Positions 1 to 5,394 of a DNA stretch of 6,283 nucleotides are shown here, in pieces. The stretch covers positions 1 to 6,283 of the forward strand of contig CABVBV010000125.1 of the NCBI GenBank assembly GCA_902496595.1, written 5' to 3'. The stretch comes from an uncultured Eubacteriales bacterium. Its GTDB lineage: Bacteria > Bacillota > Clostridia > Oscillospirales > Oscillospiraceae. Each line of letters begins with the position of its first letter. Within the stretch, counting starts at the first letter, position 1. Under the pieces are notes generated by a model, which was not told the origin of the DNA, made no database searches, and worked only from the letters and a program-made list of their open reading frames with translations. Both the position numbers and the translations under genes were made by a program.

Positions 1-215
1 AGCAGGCCCACCGGCCTGCCGGCGCAGACCTCCACGGGGTCAACGTCCCACACGCTGGCCTGAATGTGCTCAGTGCGCGGGTGGTTCGTCTTGTGCATGA
101 GTATCGCGTCCGGGTCATGGTTGATAGCGATATCGACCGGCCGCCCGGTCGCGAGCTCAATGCCCGTAGAAGCTCCGCCGCCTCCGGCGAAGCTGTCTAC
201 TATGAGTTCCGGCAT
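1..215 (-). CDS. DNA (cytosine-5) methyltransferase, N-terminal fragment (gene continues past the window start)
   Basis: Hand translation of the minus strand from ATG 215-213 gives MPELIVDSFAGGGGASTGIELATGRPVDIAINHDPDAILMHKTNHPRTEHIQASVWDVDPVEVCAGRPVGLL with no stop before position 1. FAGGGG at the extreme N-terminus is AdoMet-binding motif I (FxGxG), and the overall string matches my memory of phage-type C5 methyltransferases. SD GGGAGGG lies 7 nt upstream. The start shares 1 nt with the upstream stop (TGATG). It is absent from the ORF track because it is open-ended. Confidence 0.85.
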   Translation of the reverse strand, partial: MPELIVDSFAGGGGASTGIELATGRPVDIAINHDPDAILMHKTNHPRTEHIQASVWDVDPVEVCAGRPVGL

Positions 216-724
216 CACCCCGCCCTCCCATTTTCCGCAAGCCAGGTCAAGCACTTGTTCAGGTTGGCCCGCAGCAAAAGGAAGGCCGCCTCGTTTCCTC
301 CTGCGTCCGGGTGGGCGGATTTGGCGAGTTCCCTGTACCGCGCCTTGACGGCGCCAGTGTCCTCCGGCAGCCGCTCAAAGCCAAGAGCTCGGAAGCACTC
401 GGGAATATCCGCCGCCGCGGAGAGCGCGGGCACGCCGGCCATGAGCATATCCAGCGTGAATATGCCGTTCTCGATGGCCCGTGCAAGTCCCTCCAGTGCG
501 AGCACTATCTGTGCAAACAGGTCCGTCACGTTGCTCAGTCCGCTGCTTTCTGCGCTCTTGTCAATGGAATTCTCAAAGCGATACGCCCGCCCCGCATATA
601 CCATCTGCACCCAGCAGCCGCGGCGGCTCCAGTCGTAGTCGTACGCCTGCACCCCGAGCCTTCCCATAACGCGCCCCAGTTTCTGCTCGTACTCCTCGCG
701 CGACCCTTTGTATTTACGTACCAT
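215..724 (-). CDS. J-domain (DnaJ-like, HPD motif) protein with an unknown N-terminal domain
   Basis: This is track ORF 215..745. I prefer ATG 724 (MVRKYKGS...) because AGGAGG lies 8 nt upstream, whereas the 745 start is a TTG. The C-terminal ~55 aa, FRALGFERLPEDTGAVKARYRELAKSAHPDAGGNEAAFLLLRANLNKCL, has the J-domain helix II - HPD - helix III pattern. I verified HPD as CAC CCG GAC at 313-305. Confidence 0.8.
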   Translation of the reverse strand: MVRKYKGSREEYEQKLGRVMGRLGVQAYDYDWSRRGCWVQMVYAGRAYRFENSIDKSAESSGLSNVTDLFAQIVLALEGLARAIENGIFTLDMLMAGVPALSAAADIPECFRALGFERLPEDTGAVKARYRELAKSAHPDAGGNEAAFLLLRANLNKCLTWLAENGRAG

Positions 725-1037
725 CAGCCGCTCCTCCTTCAACAAATCCCAGCTCCAGCAGCAGCTCGTGCGGGACAGGGATCACTTCATAACGTGACTT
801 GATCCGCCGTGTCTCGTCGCGTTCCGCCCACTCGTGGCTGAGCAGCACTCGTTCTCCGGCTGTGCCGAGGTGCAGATAATGCCGCTCGCCCTCCAGCGAG
901 AACTGGAGCAGGCACGCCCCGCTCGGGTATCGCGCAAAGCGCTGCCCGCCTCTCTGCCCTGTTTTAATGCCGTAATTCTCAGCAAGGCGCAGCATCCTCG
1001 CCGGAGTAATATTAAGCCTCCGCCCCGCCGCATCCAT
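714..1037 (-). CDS. hypothetical protein (~107 aa)
   Basis: This is the 3' part of track ORF 714..1241. The N-terminal 68 codons of that ORF overlap the better ORF 1012..1617 and read as G/A/R-rich junk. ATG 1037 (MDAAGRRLNITPARMLRLAENYG...) has a weak GGTGA 5 nt upstream. Codon use is GC3-rich like its neighbours. It overlaps the downstream gene by 11 nt. The start is uncertain, with ATG 995 as the alternative. Confidence 0.55.
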   Translation of the reverse strand: MDAAGRRLNITPARMLRLAENYGIKTGQRGGQRFARYPSGACLLQFSLEGERHYLHLGTAGERVLLSHEWAERDETRRIKSRYEVIPVPHELLLELGFVEGGAADGT

Positions 1038-1617
1038 GCTCGTCACCCGTACCCGTGTCGCCAAACCAGTCACGGCTCTCAAGCCAGGCCCATACTGGCC
1101 CAGGCTCGTCCGCCCGGCCAAGGCGGACGGCGAGGCCCGATTCCCGGTCGCGAAGTATCGCGCAGCCCGTCTCCAGATACGCCGCGCAGTTGCAGTCCCG
1201 CAGCCCCCAGCCGGTCCCGACCCCAAAAACGCGCCGGTCAAGCGTTTGGATAAGCTGCTGTGCGCCCAGCCTAAGCGGGAGCACAGCGCAGGCCTGCGGC
1301 GCGAAGTTGTCGTTCATGTAGCCGCTGAATTCCTCGCCGAAAACCGCGTCCTGCATTCCTTGGGCAGTCCAGCCGTTTTCCCCTTTTAAGACGCTTATGC
1401 AGTCGCCGCTCCCGGGCAGATATCCCAGGACTTCCACGAGAGCCGCAAGCACGAGCTTTGGCGGCTCCTTCATCACGTCAAATTGCAGGTACGCGGCCCA
1501 GTCGGCCCCGATGAGCTCCATGCGCCCGCCAATTACCCGCAGCCGGAAGCCTACGGCGCCGGCGCTCTTGAGCGCCCGTGCAAGCCGCTTCTCATTTATT
1601 ATCATTTCCGCCCTCAT
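1012..1617 (-). CDS. hypothetical protein (201 aa)
   Basis: A long minus-strand ORF in register with the operon, with protein-like composition (MRAEMIINEKRLARALKSAGAVGFRLRVIGGRMELIGADWAAYLQF...). Possible starts are ATG 1617 or ATG 1605 (GAGGG 6 nt upstream). I recognise no family. Confidence 0.7.
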   Translation of the reverse strand: MRAEMIINEKRLARALKSAGAVGFRLRVIGGRMELIGADWAAYLQFDVMKEPPKLVLAALVEVLGYLPGSGDCISVLKGENGWTAQGMQDAVFGEEFSGYMNDNFAPQACAVLPLRLGAQQLIQTLDRRVFGVGTGWGLRDCNCAAYLETGCAILRDRESGLAVRLGRADEPGPVWAWLESRDWFGDTGTGDEHGCGGAEA

Positions 1618-2128
1618 TCGCCGCCTTGTTTGGCGGCCATCCGTTGTAATTGCGCCAGTTGGCTATCTTGATAGGCGGCACGCCAAGCCTGTCCGCTATC
1701 TGCCTGTCCGTGAGCCCCTGCTTGTACAGTTCCCTGCGCAGGTCATATTCCGGGGTCCGTGCGCTGTTTATGGGCAGCTCATTTACCCTGCGCCAATGCT
1801 GTACCGAGCTCACTCCCGTGCCGCAGCCCTGAGCGATCTCTGCATCGGTACAGCCGGCCTTATAGAGTTCCAGGCGGCGCGCGTTCAGCTTGGCCCGCTT
1901 TTCCATAGTTTCAGCAAATCTCAACCGGCCGCGGACCTCATCGGCTATCTGCTTGCGCATCTTATTTCCACGAGGCCCCAGCTCCCGGCATCGGCAGCCG
2001 TCCCCGCTGGGCTCGCCCATTGTATACGCCCTGCTCACTCGCCGGTTCAGGCAGTACAGGCAGGCGATGAGATCCTCATCAAGATGTATGCACCCGATGC
2101 AGTACTCAGTTATCATCGTCCGTATCAT
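1592..2128 (-). CDS. Cys-rich (zinc-ribbon-like) plus tandem helix-turn-helix DNA-binding protein
   Basis: The 178-aa ORF has an N-terminal CxxC-x11-CxxC followed by CRC. After that come two copies of one HTH-like unit, ELYKAGCTDAEIAQGCGTGVSSVQHWRRVNELP and ELYKQGLTDRQIADRLGVPPIKIANWRNYNGWP. The shared pattern ELYK.G.TD..IA...G.......WR..N..P resembles sigma-70 region 4 or a terminase-small-subunit HTH. The start is ambiguous (2128 or 2116). Confidence 0.75.
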   Translation of the reverse strand: MIRTMITEYCIGCIHLDEDLIACLYCLNRRVSRAYTMGEPSGDGCRCRELGPRGNKMRKQIADEVRGRLRFAETMEKRAKLNARRLELYKAGCTDAEIAQGCGTGVSSVQHWRRVNELPINSARTPEYDLRRELYKQGLTDRQIADRLGVPPIKIANWRNYNGWPPNKAANEGGNDNK

Positions 2129-2438
2129 CCCCGAGCAGCTTTATCCGCTTGCCTGTGTAGCGGCAGTATTCATGCTCGATCCTCGCCCCGGCGGAGGTCT
2201 CCCAGTCCGGCAGGAAGATAATCAGATCTGCACTGTCTATCATTGCGAGGCATATGCGCATATAGTCCGCGCTCTTCATGCCCTCGGGCAGGTGCGCCGG
2301 ATTCAGTACTATGTGTCCCTCGTTCTTCTGCTCCATGTGCGCGGAAAGAAACTTGCGTTTATACTCTGGGTCTCCCGTGATTTTTCCCGCTATGTATACC
2401 TTCAGCGGCGCCACCGCCGCGGTCTGTATCGCAGTCAT
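2106..2438 (-). CDS. DUF4406 family protein (nucleoside 2-deoxyribosyltransferase-like fold)
   Basis: The 110-aa ORF reads KVYIAGKITGDPEYKRKFLSAHMEQKNEGHIVLNPAHLPEGMKSADYMRICLAMIDSADLIIFLPDWETSAGARIEHEY. This matches the remembered DUF4406 pattern (IYIAGPMTG ... NP ... DYMR.CL ... D.I..LPGWE.S.GA..E). ATG 2438 has GAGGTGA 4-5 nt upstream. Confidence 0.85.
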   Translation of the reverse strand: MTAIQTAAVAPLKVYIAGKITGDPEYKRKFLSAHMEQKNEGHIVLNPAHLPEGMKSADYMRICLAMIDSADLIIFLPDWETSAGARIEHEYCRYTGKRIKLLGDDTDDDN

Positions 2439-2447
2439 GCTCTCACC

Positions 2448-2867
2448 TCAAAACAGTCTTGTCTGGCGTTCTTCGGCTTCGCGCAGCGCCGCCTGCTCAG
2501 CGGCCCGCGCCTCTGCTCGGAGCCGCCGTTCTTCCGCCACAGCGCGATCACGCAATACCCGCTCGTGAATAAGCTGCTCAAGCGGACTGCGTTTCCGCTC
2601 TCCGCTTGGAGGCTTAACCTGCTTACTTCGGCATCGTCCCCAGTGCGGCACATAACCGCTGCCTTGCGGCACTGCAGGATGTCCCTCCAGAGTCCCTCGC
2701 TCATATGTGCCGTTGCGCTGGTAGAACATAAGCGGCCCATTATCGTCCGGCCAGTAGAAAATTGGCTCCGCTTCGCAGGGCATATTTTTCCCTGATTTCG
2801 TGCGGATGAATACGAGGGGCTTGCCGCACTCGCGGCACGGGACCTCAAACTGTTCAAGCCTCGCCAC
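2448..2867 (-). CDS. hypothetical protein with an N-terminal Cys cluster and an Arg/Glu-rich helical tail
   Basis: The 139-aa ORF uses GTG 2867, with AAAGGAG 9 nt upstream. It contains PCRECGKPLVFIRTKSGKNMPCE and a later HWGRC, which may bind zinc. The C-terminus, RDRAVAEERRLRAEARAAEQAALREAEERQ, looks like a charged coiled coil. Confidence 0.7.
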   Translation of the reverse strand: MARLEQFEVPCRECGKPLVFIRTKSGKNMPCEAEPIFYWPDDNGPLMFYQRNGTYERGTLEGHPAVPQGSGYVPHWGRCRSKQVKPPSGERKRSPLEQLIHERVLRDRAVAEERRLRAEARAAEQAALREAEERQTRLF

Positions 2868-3036
2868 AGTTGGCCGCTCCTTTCACTCTCTTTGTTCGGC
2901 ACTCATGGGCAATTGGCAGCCAGCGCACGCCCCAAACCTTCGCCGCCGCGATGATGGCGCGCAGCCTGTCCTCCGCCTCGACCTCCACGTCCTCATAGAG
3001 GTCATGCCGCACCTCCCATCTGTCCACGCCGATCAC
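2854..3036 (-). CDS. hypothetical small protein (60 aa)
   Basis: GTG 3036 overlaps the upstream stop as GTGA, a translational-coupling arrangement, and there is no separate SD. The ORF fills an otherwise non-coding gap in the operon and overlaps the next gene by 14 nt. The only support is its short length and position. Confidence 0.45.
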   Translation of the reverse strand: MIGVDRWEVRHDLYEDVEVEAEDRLRAIIAAAKVWGVRWLPIAHECRTKRVKGAANCGEA

Positions 3037-3332
3037 CTGCCAAAGAGCCGCGAGAGCAGCGAAGAGCGCGGTTTTTCGGTTTCTATTTCCGAAAAGTCCG
3101 CGTTTTTTGCCGTTTCGGCGGCCTCGTCAACAAGGCCGGGGAATTCTGTTTCCAGCGCTTTGAGCCCCCTTAGGACGCTGGCATATGTGCTTATCAGCGT
3201 TTGACGCCTGCCATGTATGCCGGTCAAGCAGTGCGCTTCTTCCGCACTGCCAAACGCCCCGATCACGCAGTCGCACTCCCGCTCAAGCAGCGGCTTGTCC
3301 TTGCCCTTTTCTCTGATAGTAACAATGTACAT
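3033..3332 (-). CDS. hypothetical protein (~99 aa)
   Basis: This is track ORF 3033..3338. The minus strand reads ACGGAGGAATGGACATGTAC, so GGAGG lies only 1 nt from the first ATG (3338) but 7 nt from the second (3332). I therefore call 3332 (MYIVTIREKGKDKPLLERECDC...). Confidence 0.65.
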   Translation of the reverse strand: MYIVTIREKGKDKPLLERECDCVIGAFGSAEEAHCLTGIHGRRQTLISTYASVLRGLKALETEFPGLVDEAAETAKNADFSEIETEKPRSSLLSRLFGR

Positions 3333-3359
3333 GTCCATTCCTCCGTCATCATATTTGCA

Positions 3360-3391
3360 AGCGGCTCAGCCGCTCACCACACTATGTGTGG
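3360..3391. promoter_or_regulatory. two adjacent perfect 6-bp palindromes or hairpins in the only real intergenic gap of the operon
   Basis: The first is AGCGGC-TCA-GCCGCT (3360-3374) and the second is CCACAC-TAT-GTGTGG (3377-3391). Neither is followed by a T/U run on either strand, so they are not classical terminators. They could be an RNA processing or stability element, or a protein-binding site. Confidence 0.3.
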
Positions 3392-3399
3392 GGTGCTGG

Positions 3400-4077
3400 T
3401 CATGCCGTCCACACATATCCATAGCAGAACACATGCGCCCCGATTTGACCCCATACCCTGTCATTCTCGGCACCTCGGGAGAAGTACAGCACCTCATACG
3501 GCACGACCTCAGTCTCAAACGCCGCGTCCACGGCCTCATAGTTGGTCTCAGTCGGCACCACGCTCCCAAGGAAGGGCGCAGTTGAAAACTGCCGCTCCTG
3601 GTATATGACCTCGCTCACCGTGTCCGGGAAGCTCGCGGAGCGCACGCGGTTGAGCACCACCTGGGCCACCGCGATCTGCCCCTCAAGCGTCTCCGTGTTC
3701 GCCTCGGCGTAGACCACGCGGGCGAGAAGTTCCCGCTCCTCCGCTGTGATTTCCTCATACCGCGGCTCAGGTTCTGTCACCGGCGGCGGCTCTGGAGTCT
3801 GAGGCTCGTGAGCCGCCACAGCCGGTGCCACTGCCATGCGAGCAAGGAGTTCTTTGGTGCTGTACACAGGCGCAGGCAGCTTCAATTCCGGCTCAGCATA
3901 ATTAGCAAATGTGCGCACAAAAACCAGTGTCATCAATACCACGAGCAGTGCTGCCAACAGCAGTGCTCGTGCCACCCCGTTCCCACGTCGGCATGGACGG
4001 CGCTGCGGTTCGTCCAGCATCTCGCATACCTGCTCAGCCAGGTAAGTCTGCATCTCGTTTTCGTCATATGTATTCAT
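3400..4077 (-). CDS. membrane-anchored cell wall hydrolase, SleB/CwlJ family (Hydrolase_2 domain)
   Basis: The 225-aa ORF has a TM anchor (ARALLLAALLVVLMTLVFV) and a Pro-rich linker (HEPQTPEPPPVTEPEP). The C-terminal domain reads ELLARVVYAEANTETLEGQIAVAQVVLNRVRSASFPDTVSEVIYQERQFS, matching the remembered Hydrolase_2 signature (..A.V.YAEA..E...G..AVA.V..NRV....FP.T...V......QF). ATG 4077 has GAGAGGGG about 8 nt upstream. Confidence 0.85.
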   Translation of the reverse strand: MNTYDENEMQTYLAEQVCEMLDEPQRRPCRRGNGVARALLLAALLVVLMTLVFVRTFANYAEPELKLPAPVYSTKELLARMAVAPAVAAHEPQTPEPPPVTEPEPRYEEITAEERELLARVVYAEANTETLEGQIAVAQVVLNRVRSASFPDTVSEVIYQERQFSTAPFLGSVVPTETNYEAVDAAFETEVVPYEVLYFSRGAENDRVWGQIGAHVFCYGYVWTA

Positions 4078-4090
4078 GCCTATGCCCCTC

Positions 4091-4288
4091 TCAGTCCGCC
4101 AGCACGTAGCCGTACGGGCGTATTATCCTGTTGATGCCGCTGCGCATGCGCGAGCGTTCCTCCTCGGTCGTCGGCCGCCGGTGTACGATGCAGGTCGTGA
4201 CACCCTGCTTTGGGCCATAGTCGTACCGCAATATGTACCCGTCCTCGGTGTCCTCTTTCGTGATTATCGGATATACAGGCTCCGCCAC
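4091..4288 (-). CDS. hypothetical small protein (~65 aa)
   Basis: This is track ORF 4091..4309, which starts at a TTG. I prefer GTG 4288 because the minus strand reads GGAGGTGAGGGCTGTG. The same GGAGGTGAGGGC SD context precedes the GTG start of the 4-TM gene at 6265. I do not recognise the product (VAEPVYPIITKEDTEDGYILRYDYGPKQGVTTCIVHRRPTTEEERSRMRSGINRII...). Confidence 0.55.
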   Translation of the reverse strand: MAEPVYPIITKEDTEDGYILRYDYGPKQGVTTCIVHRRPTTEEERSRMRSGINRIIRPYGYVLAD

Positions 4289-4346
4289 AGCCCTCACCTC
4301 CACCTTCAAGCCTATGTGTGCCCGCAGTTGCCCTATGCCTTGCCGT

Positions 4347-4871
4347 TCAGGCGCTCCCGTTCATAGCCTCGAACAGGTCGCAGCTGTCCTTCCAATTTGG
4401 GTGCTTGAATCCTCTGCCTCTTGGGCAGCAATGTCCGCGACTAATGGGGCTGAACGCGCCTGAAGCCGTAATAACGTAGTGTTGGTGGAAATTACGACAG
4501 TTTGCGCACACTTTATCGTTGTTGGAAATTTTGAAGCATTCTCGGGCCTCTTCCAGGGCCTTTTCTGCCGCTCCGAGAACAATGAACCGCGCTATTACTA
4601 CCAGTGCTCTTACGTTTGGTGAATAAGTATCGCCCGTTCTCTTTGTCTCCTCTTTTTCAGTCTCCTCGTCCCAGCCCATCAGATGAGCCGCGTTTGTTTC
4701 CAAGGCGTGTGCAATCGGTTCCAGATACTTGGAAGGGATTTTCTCAATGTCGCCGTTTTCATATCGGTACACAGTTGCGCGCGACACTCCTAGCACCTTG
4801 GCAACCTCATCGACGGATATCTTTAAGCTTTTGCGCCGCTCCTTCATTCGTTCTCCAAATGTCTTTGGCAT
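4347..4871 (-). CDS. XRE-family (Cro/CI-type HTH) transcriptional regulator with a Cys/His-rich C-terminal domain
   Basis: The N-terminus, FGERMKERRKSLKISVDEVAKVLGVSRATVYRYENGDIEKIPSKYLEPIAHALETNAAHLMGW, is a canonical HTH_3 domain. The C-terminus, KVCANCRNFHQHYVITASGAFSPISRGHCCPRGRGFKHPNWKDSCDLFE, carries CxxC, HxH, HCC and C. ATG 4871 has GAGGAGG about 10 nt upstream. It is the first gene of the minus-strand operon. Confidence 0.9.
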   Translation of the reverse strand: MPKTFGERMKERRKSLKISVDEVAKVLGVSRATVYRYENGDIEKIPSKYLEPIAHALETNAAHLMGWDEETEKEETKRTGDTYSPNVRALVVIARFIVLGAAEKALEEARECFKISNNDKVCANCRNFHQHYVITASGAFSPISRGHCCPRGRGFKHPNWKDSCDLFEAMNGSA

Positions 4872-4952
4872 GGGCTTGTGAACCTCCTCTTGCTCTCTCG
4901 TCTTTTTTACTGCGCTAAGCTTTTACAGCGCGGAGAGCCGCATATTAAAACA

Positions 4953-4981
4953 TTTGCCAACTTGTCCCATGAATGGTATTA
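4953..4981 (+). promoter_or_regulatory. sigma-A/sigma-70-type promoter reading rightward, divergent from the XRE gene
   Basis: TTGCCA (4953-4958), an exact 17-nt spacer, then TATTAT (4976-4981). TGG immediately precedes the -10, giving a TGn extended -10. The surrounding 60 nt are about 28% G+C by hand count. The spacer contains the small palindrome CCATGAATGG (4966-4975). The predicted transcription start is near 4988. Confidence 0.55.
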
Positions 4982-4987
4982 TTATTT

Positions 4988-5160
4988 GTTGATAAAAGCA
5001 CCCAGGCAACGCCGAGCCAAGCCCCGCAAAAAAAGGGGAAGGTGTAACGACTGGACACGGGGCATCCCGCGTGGATGAAGGCACAGTCTGAACTCACGGG
5101 CGACCGTGAGAGGCAGGCAGAAATGACTTGCCCGCGCCGTCAGGCGAAGTAACAATATGG
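4988..5160 (+). other. long (~170 nt) leader or possible non-coding RNA segment with stable hairpins
   Basis: The segment lies between the predicted start and the first ATG of the downstream ORF and contains no credible SD-led ORF. Hairpins are CCCC-9nt-GGGG (5021-5037) and GACTG...CAGTC (5049-5088), which encloses CATCC-5nt-GGATG (5063-5077). There is also a perfect 7-bp stem, CTCACGG-GCGA-CCGTGAG (5093-5110), capped by a GNRA tetraloop. I found no match to riboswitch consensus sequences I could recall. Confidence 0.3.
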
Positions 5161-5394
5161 ATGTCTAGCGTAAGTATGAACGATGACATTGGTTACATTT
5201 CCGGCATGCTTTCTGGTATTAGCACTGTCAACACACTTACAGCCATCATTATCAACCCCATAGATATTACTGGTGTAACATTAGCGAGCGAGGTGGTCAC
5301 ATCGCCCTGCCGCCCGGCGACGGGCGGTATGCACTCCGTAAATTCGGCGAAAATCTGGGTGCTCTTATCGACAAACTGGGCAAGCCTTGCTTAA
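5161..5394 (+). CDS. candidate small protein (77 aa) of unknown function; the coding strand is genuinely uncertain
   Basis: The plus-strand frame is open from 5128 (TTG) to TAA 5392-5394 in a stretch of about 40% G+C (hand count, 5161-5280), where a frame this long is unlikely by chance. It ends 15 nt before the terminator and lies downstream of the 4953-4981 promoter. Against it, ATG 5161 and ATG 5176 have poor SDs. The product is S/T/I/G-rich with few charges (MSSVSMNDDIGYISGMLSGISTVNTLTAIIINPIDITGV...). The wobble-sharing antisense frame also looks coding. Confidence 0.35.
   Translation: MSSVSMNDDIGYISGMLSGISTVNTLTAIIINPIDITGVTLASEVVTSPCRPATGGMHSVNSAKIWVLLSTNWASLA

Noticed and set aside
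64-4463. Many long plus-strand ORFs in the track (for example 66..638, 311..802, 834..1253, 1397..2221, 1890..2795, 2800..3204, 3201..3608, 3808..4134, 4076..4366)
   Set aside because: All are antisense to better minus-strand genes in very GC-rich DNA, where stop codons are rare. Their products are Arg/Pro/Ser/Ala-rich low-complexity strings, and they lack SD sequences. They are shadow ORFs.
259-4582. Alternative-frame minus-strand ORFs (259..486, 782..1033, 2435..2902, 3366..3569, 4361..4582)
   Set aside because: Each is nested out of frame inside a longer minus-strand gene with recognisable domains or better composition. The translations are R/P/S/C-rich and not protein-like.
4896-4960. 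Minus-strand promoter and operator for the XRE gene (TTGGCA, TAATAT, TTAATA-17-TAAAAG; inverted repeat GCGCT-10-AGCGC at 4911-4930; direct GC(T/A)GTAAAA repeats)
   Set aside because: A promoter must be here, but none of the hexamer pairs has both good matches and 16-18 nt spacing. The repeats are short. I cannot place the elements with enough confidence to list them as features.
4878-5078. 66-aa plus-strand ORF across the switch region
   Set aside because: It starts upstream of the only credible plus-strand promoter (4953-4981) and overlaps the XRE ribosome-binding region. It has no SD, and its product is a basic low-complexity tail (RQRRAKPRKKRGR).
5075-5152. 25-codon plus-strand mini-ORF (MKAQSELTGDRERQAEMTCPRRQAK) in the leader
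   Set aside because: It has no SD upstream of ATG 5075 and is too short to evaluate. It spans the GNRA hairpin, which is the more striking signal there. It remains only a possible leader peptide.
4988-5160. Possible riboswitch, tmRNA, RNase P RNA or tRNA in the leader
   Set aside because: I compared it by eye with remembered core motifs: c-di-GMP-I and -II, ZTP, TPP CTGAGA, cobalamin, the tmRNA and tRNA T-arm GGTTCGA with CCA end, and RNase P GAGGAAAGTCC. None is present. This needs a covariance-model search to settle.
4997-5362. Long-range complementarity GCACCCAG (4997-5004) with CTGGGTGC (5355-5362), plus CGCCG (5009-5013) with CGGCG (5344-5348), which could close the whole transcript into one domain or represent terminal inverted repeats of a MITE
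   Set aside because: A single 8-bp complement within about 450 nt is roughly what chance predicts. There are no flanking target-site duplications. Without covariation it is not evidence for a closing helix or a mobile element.
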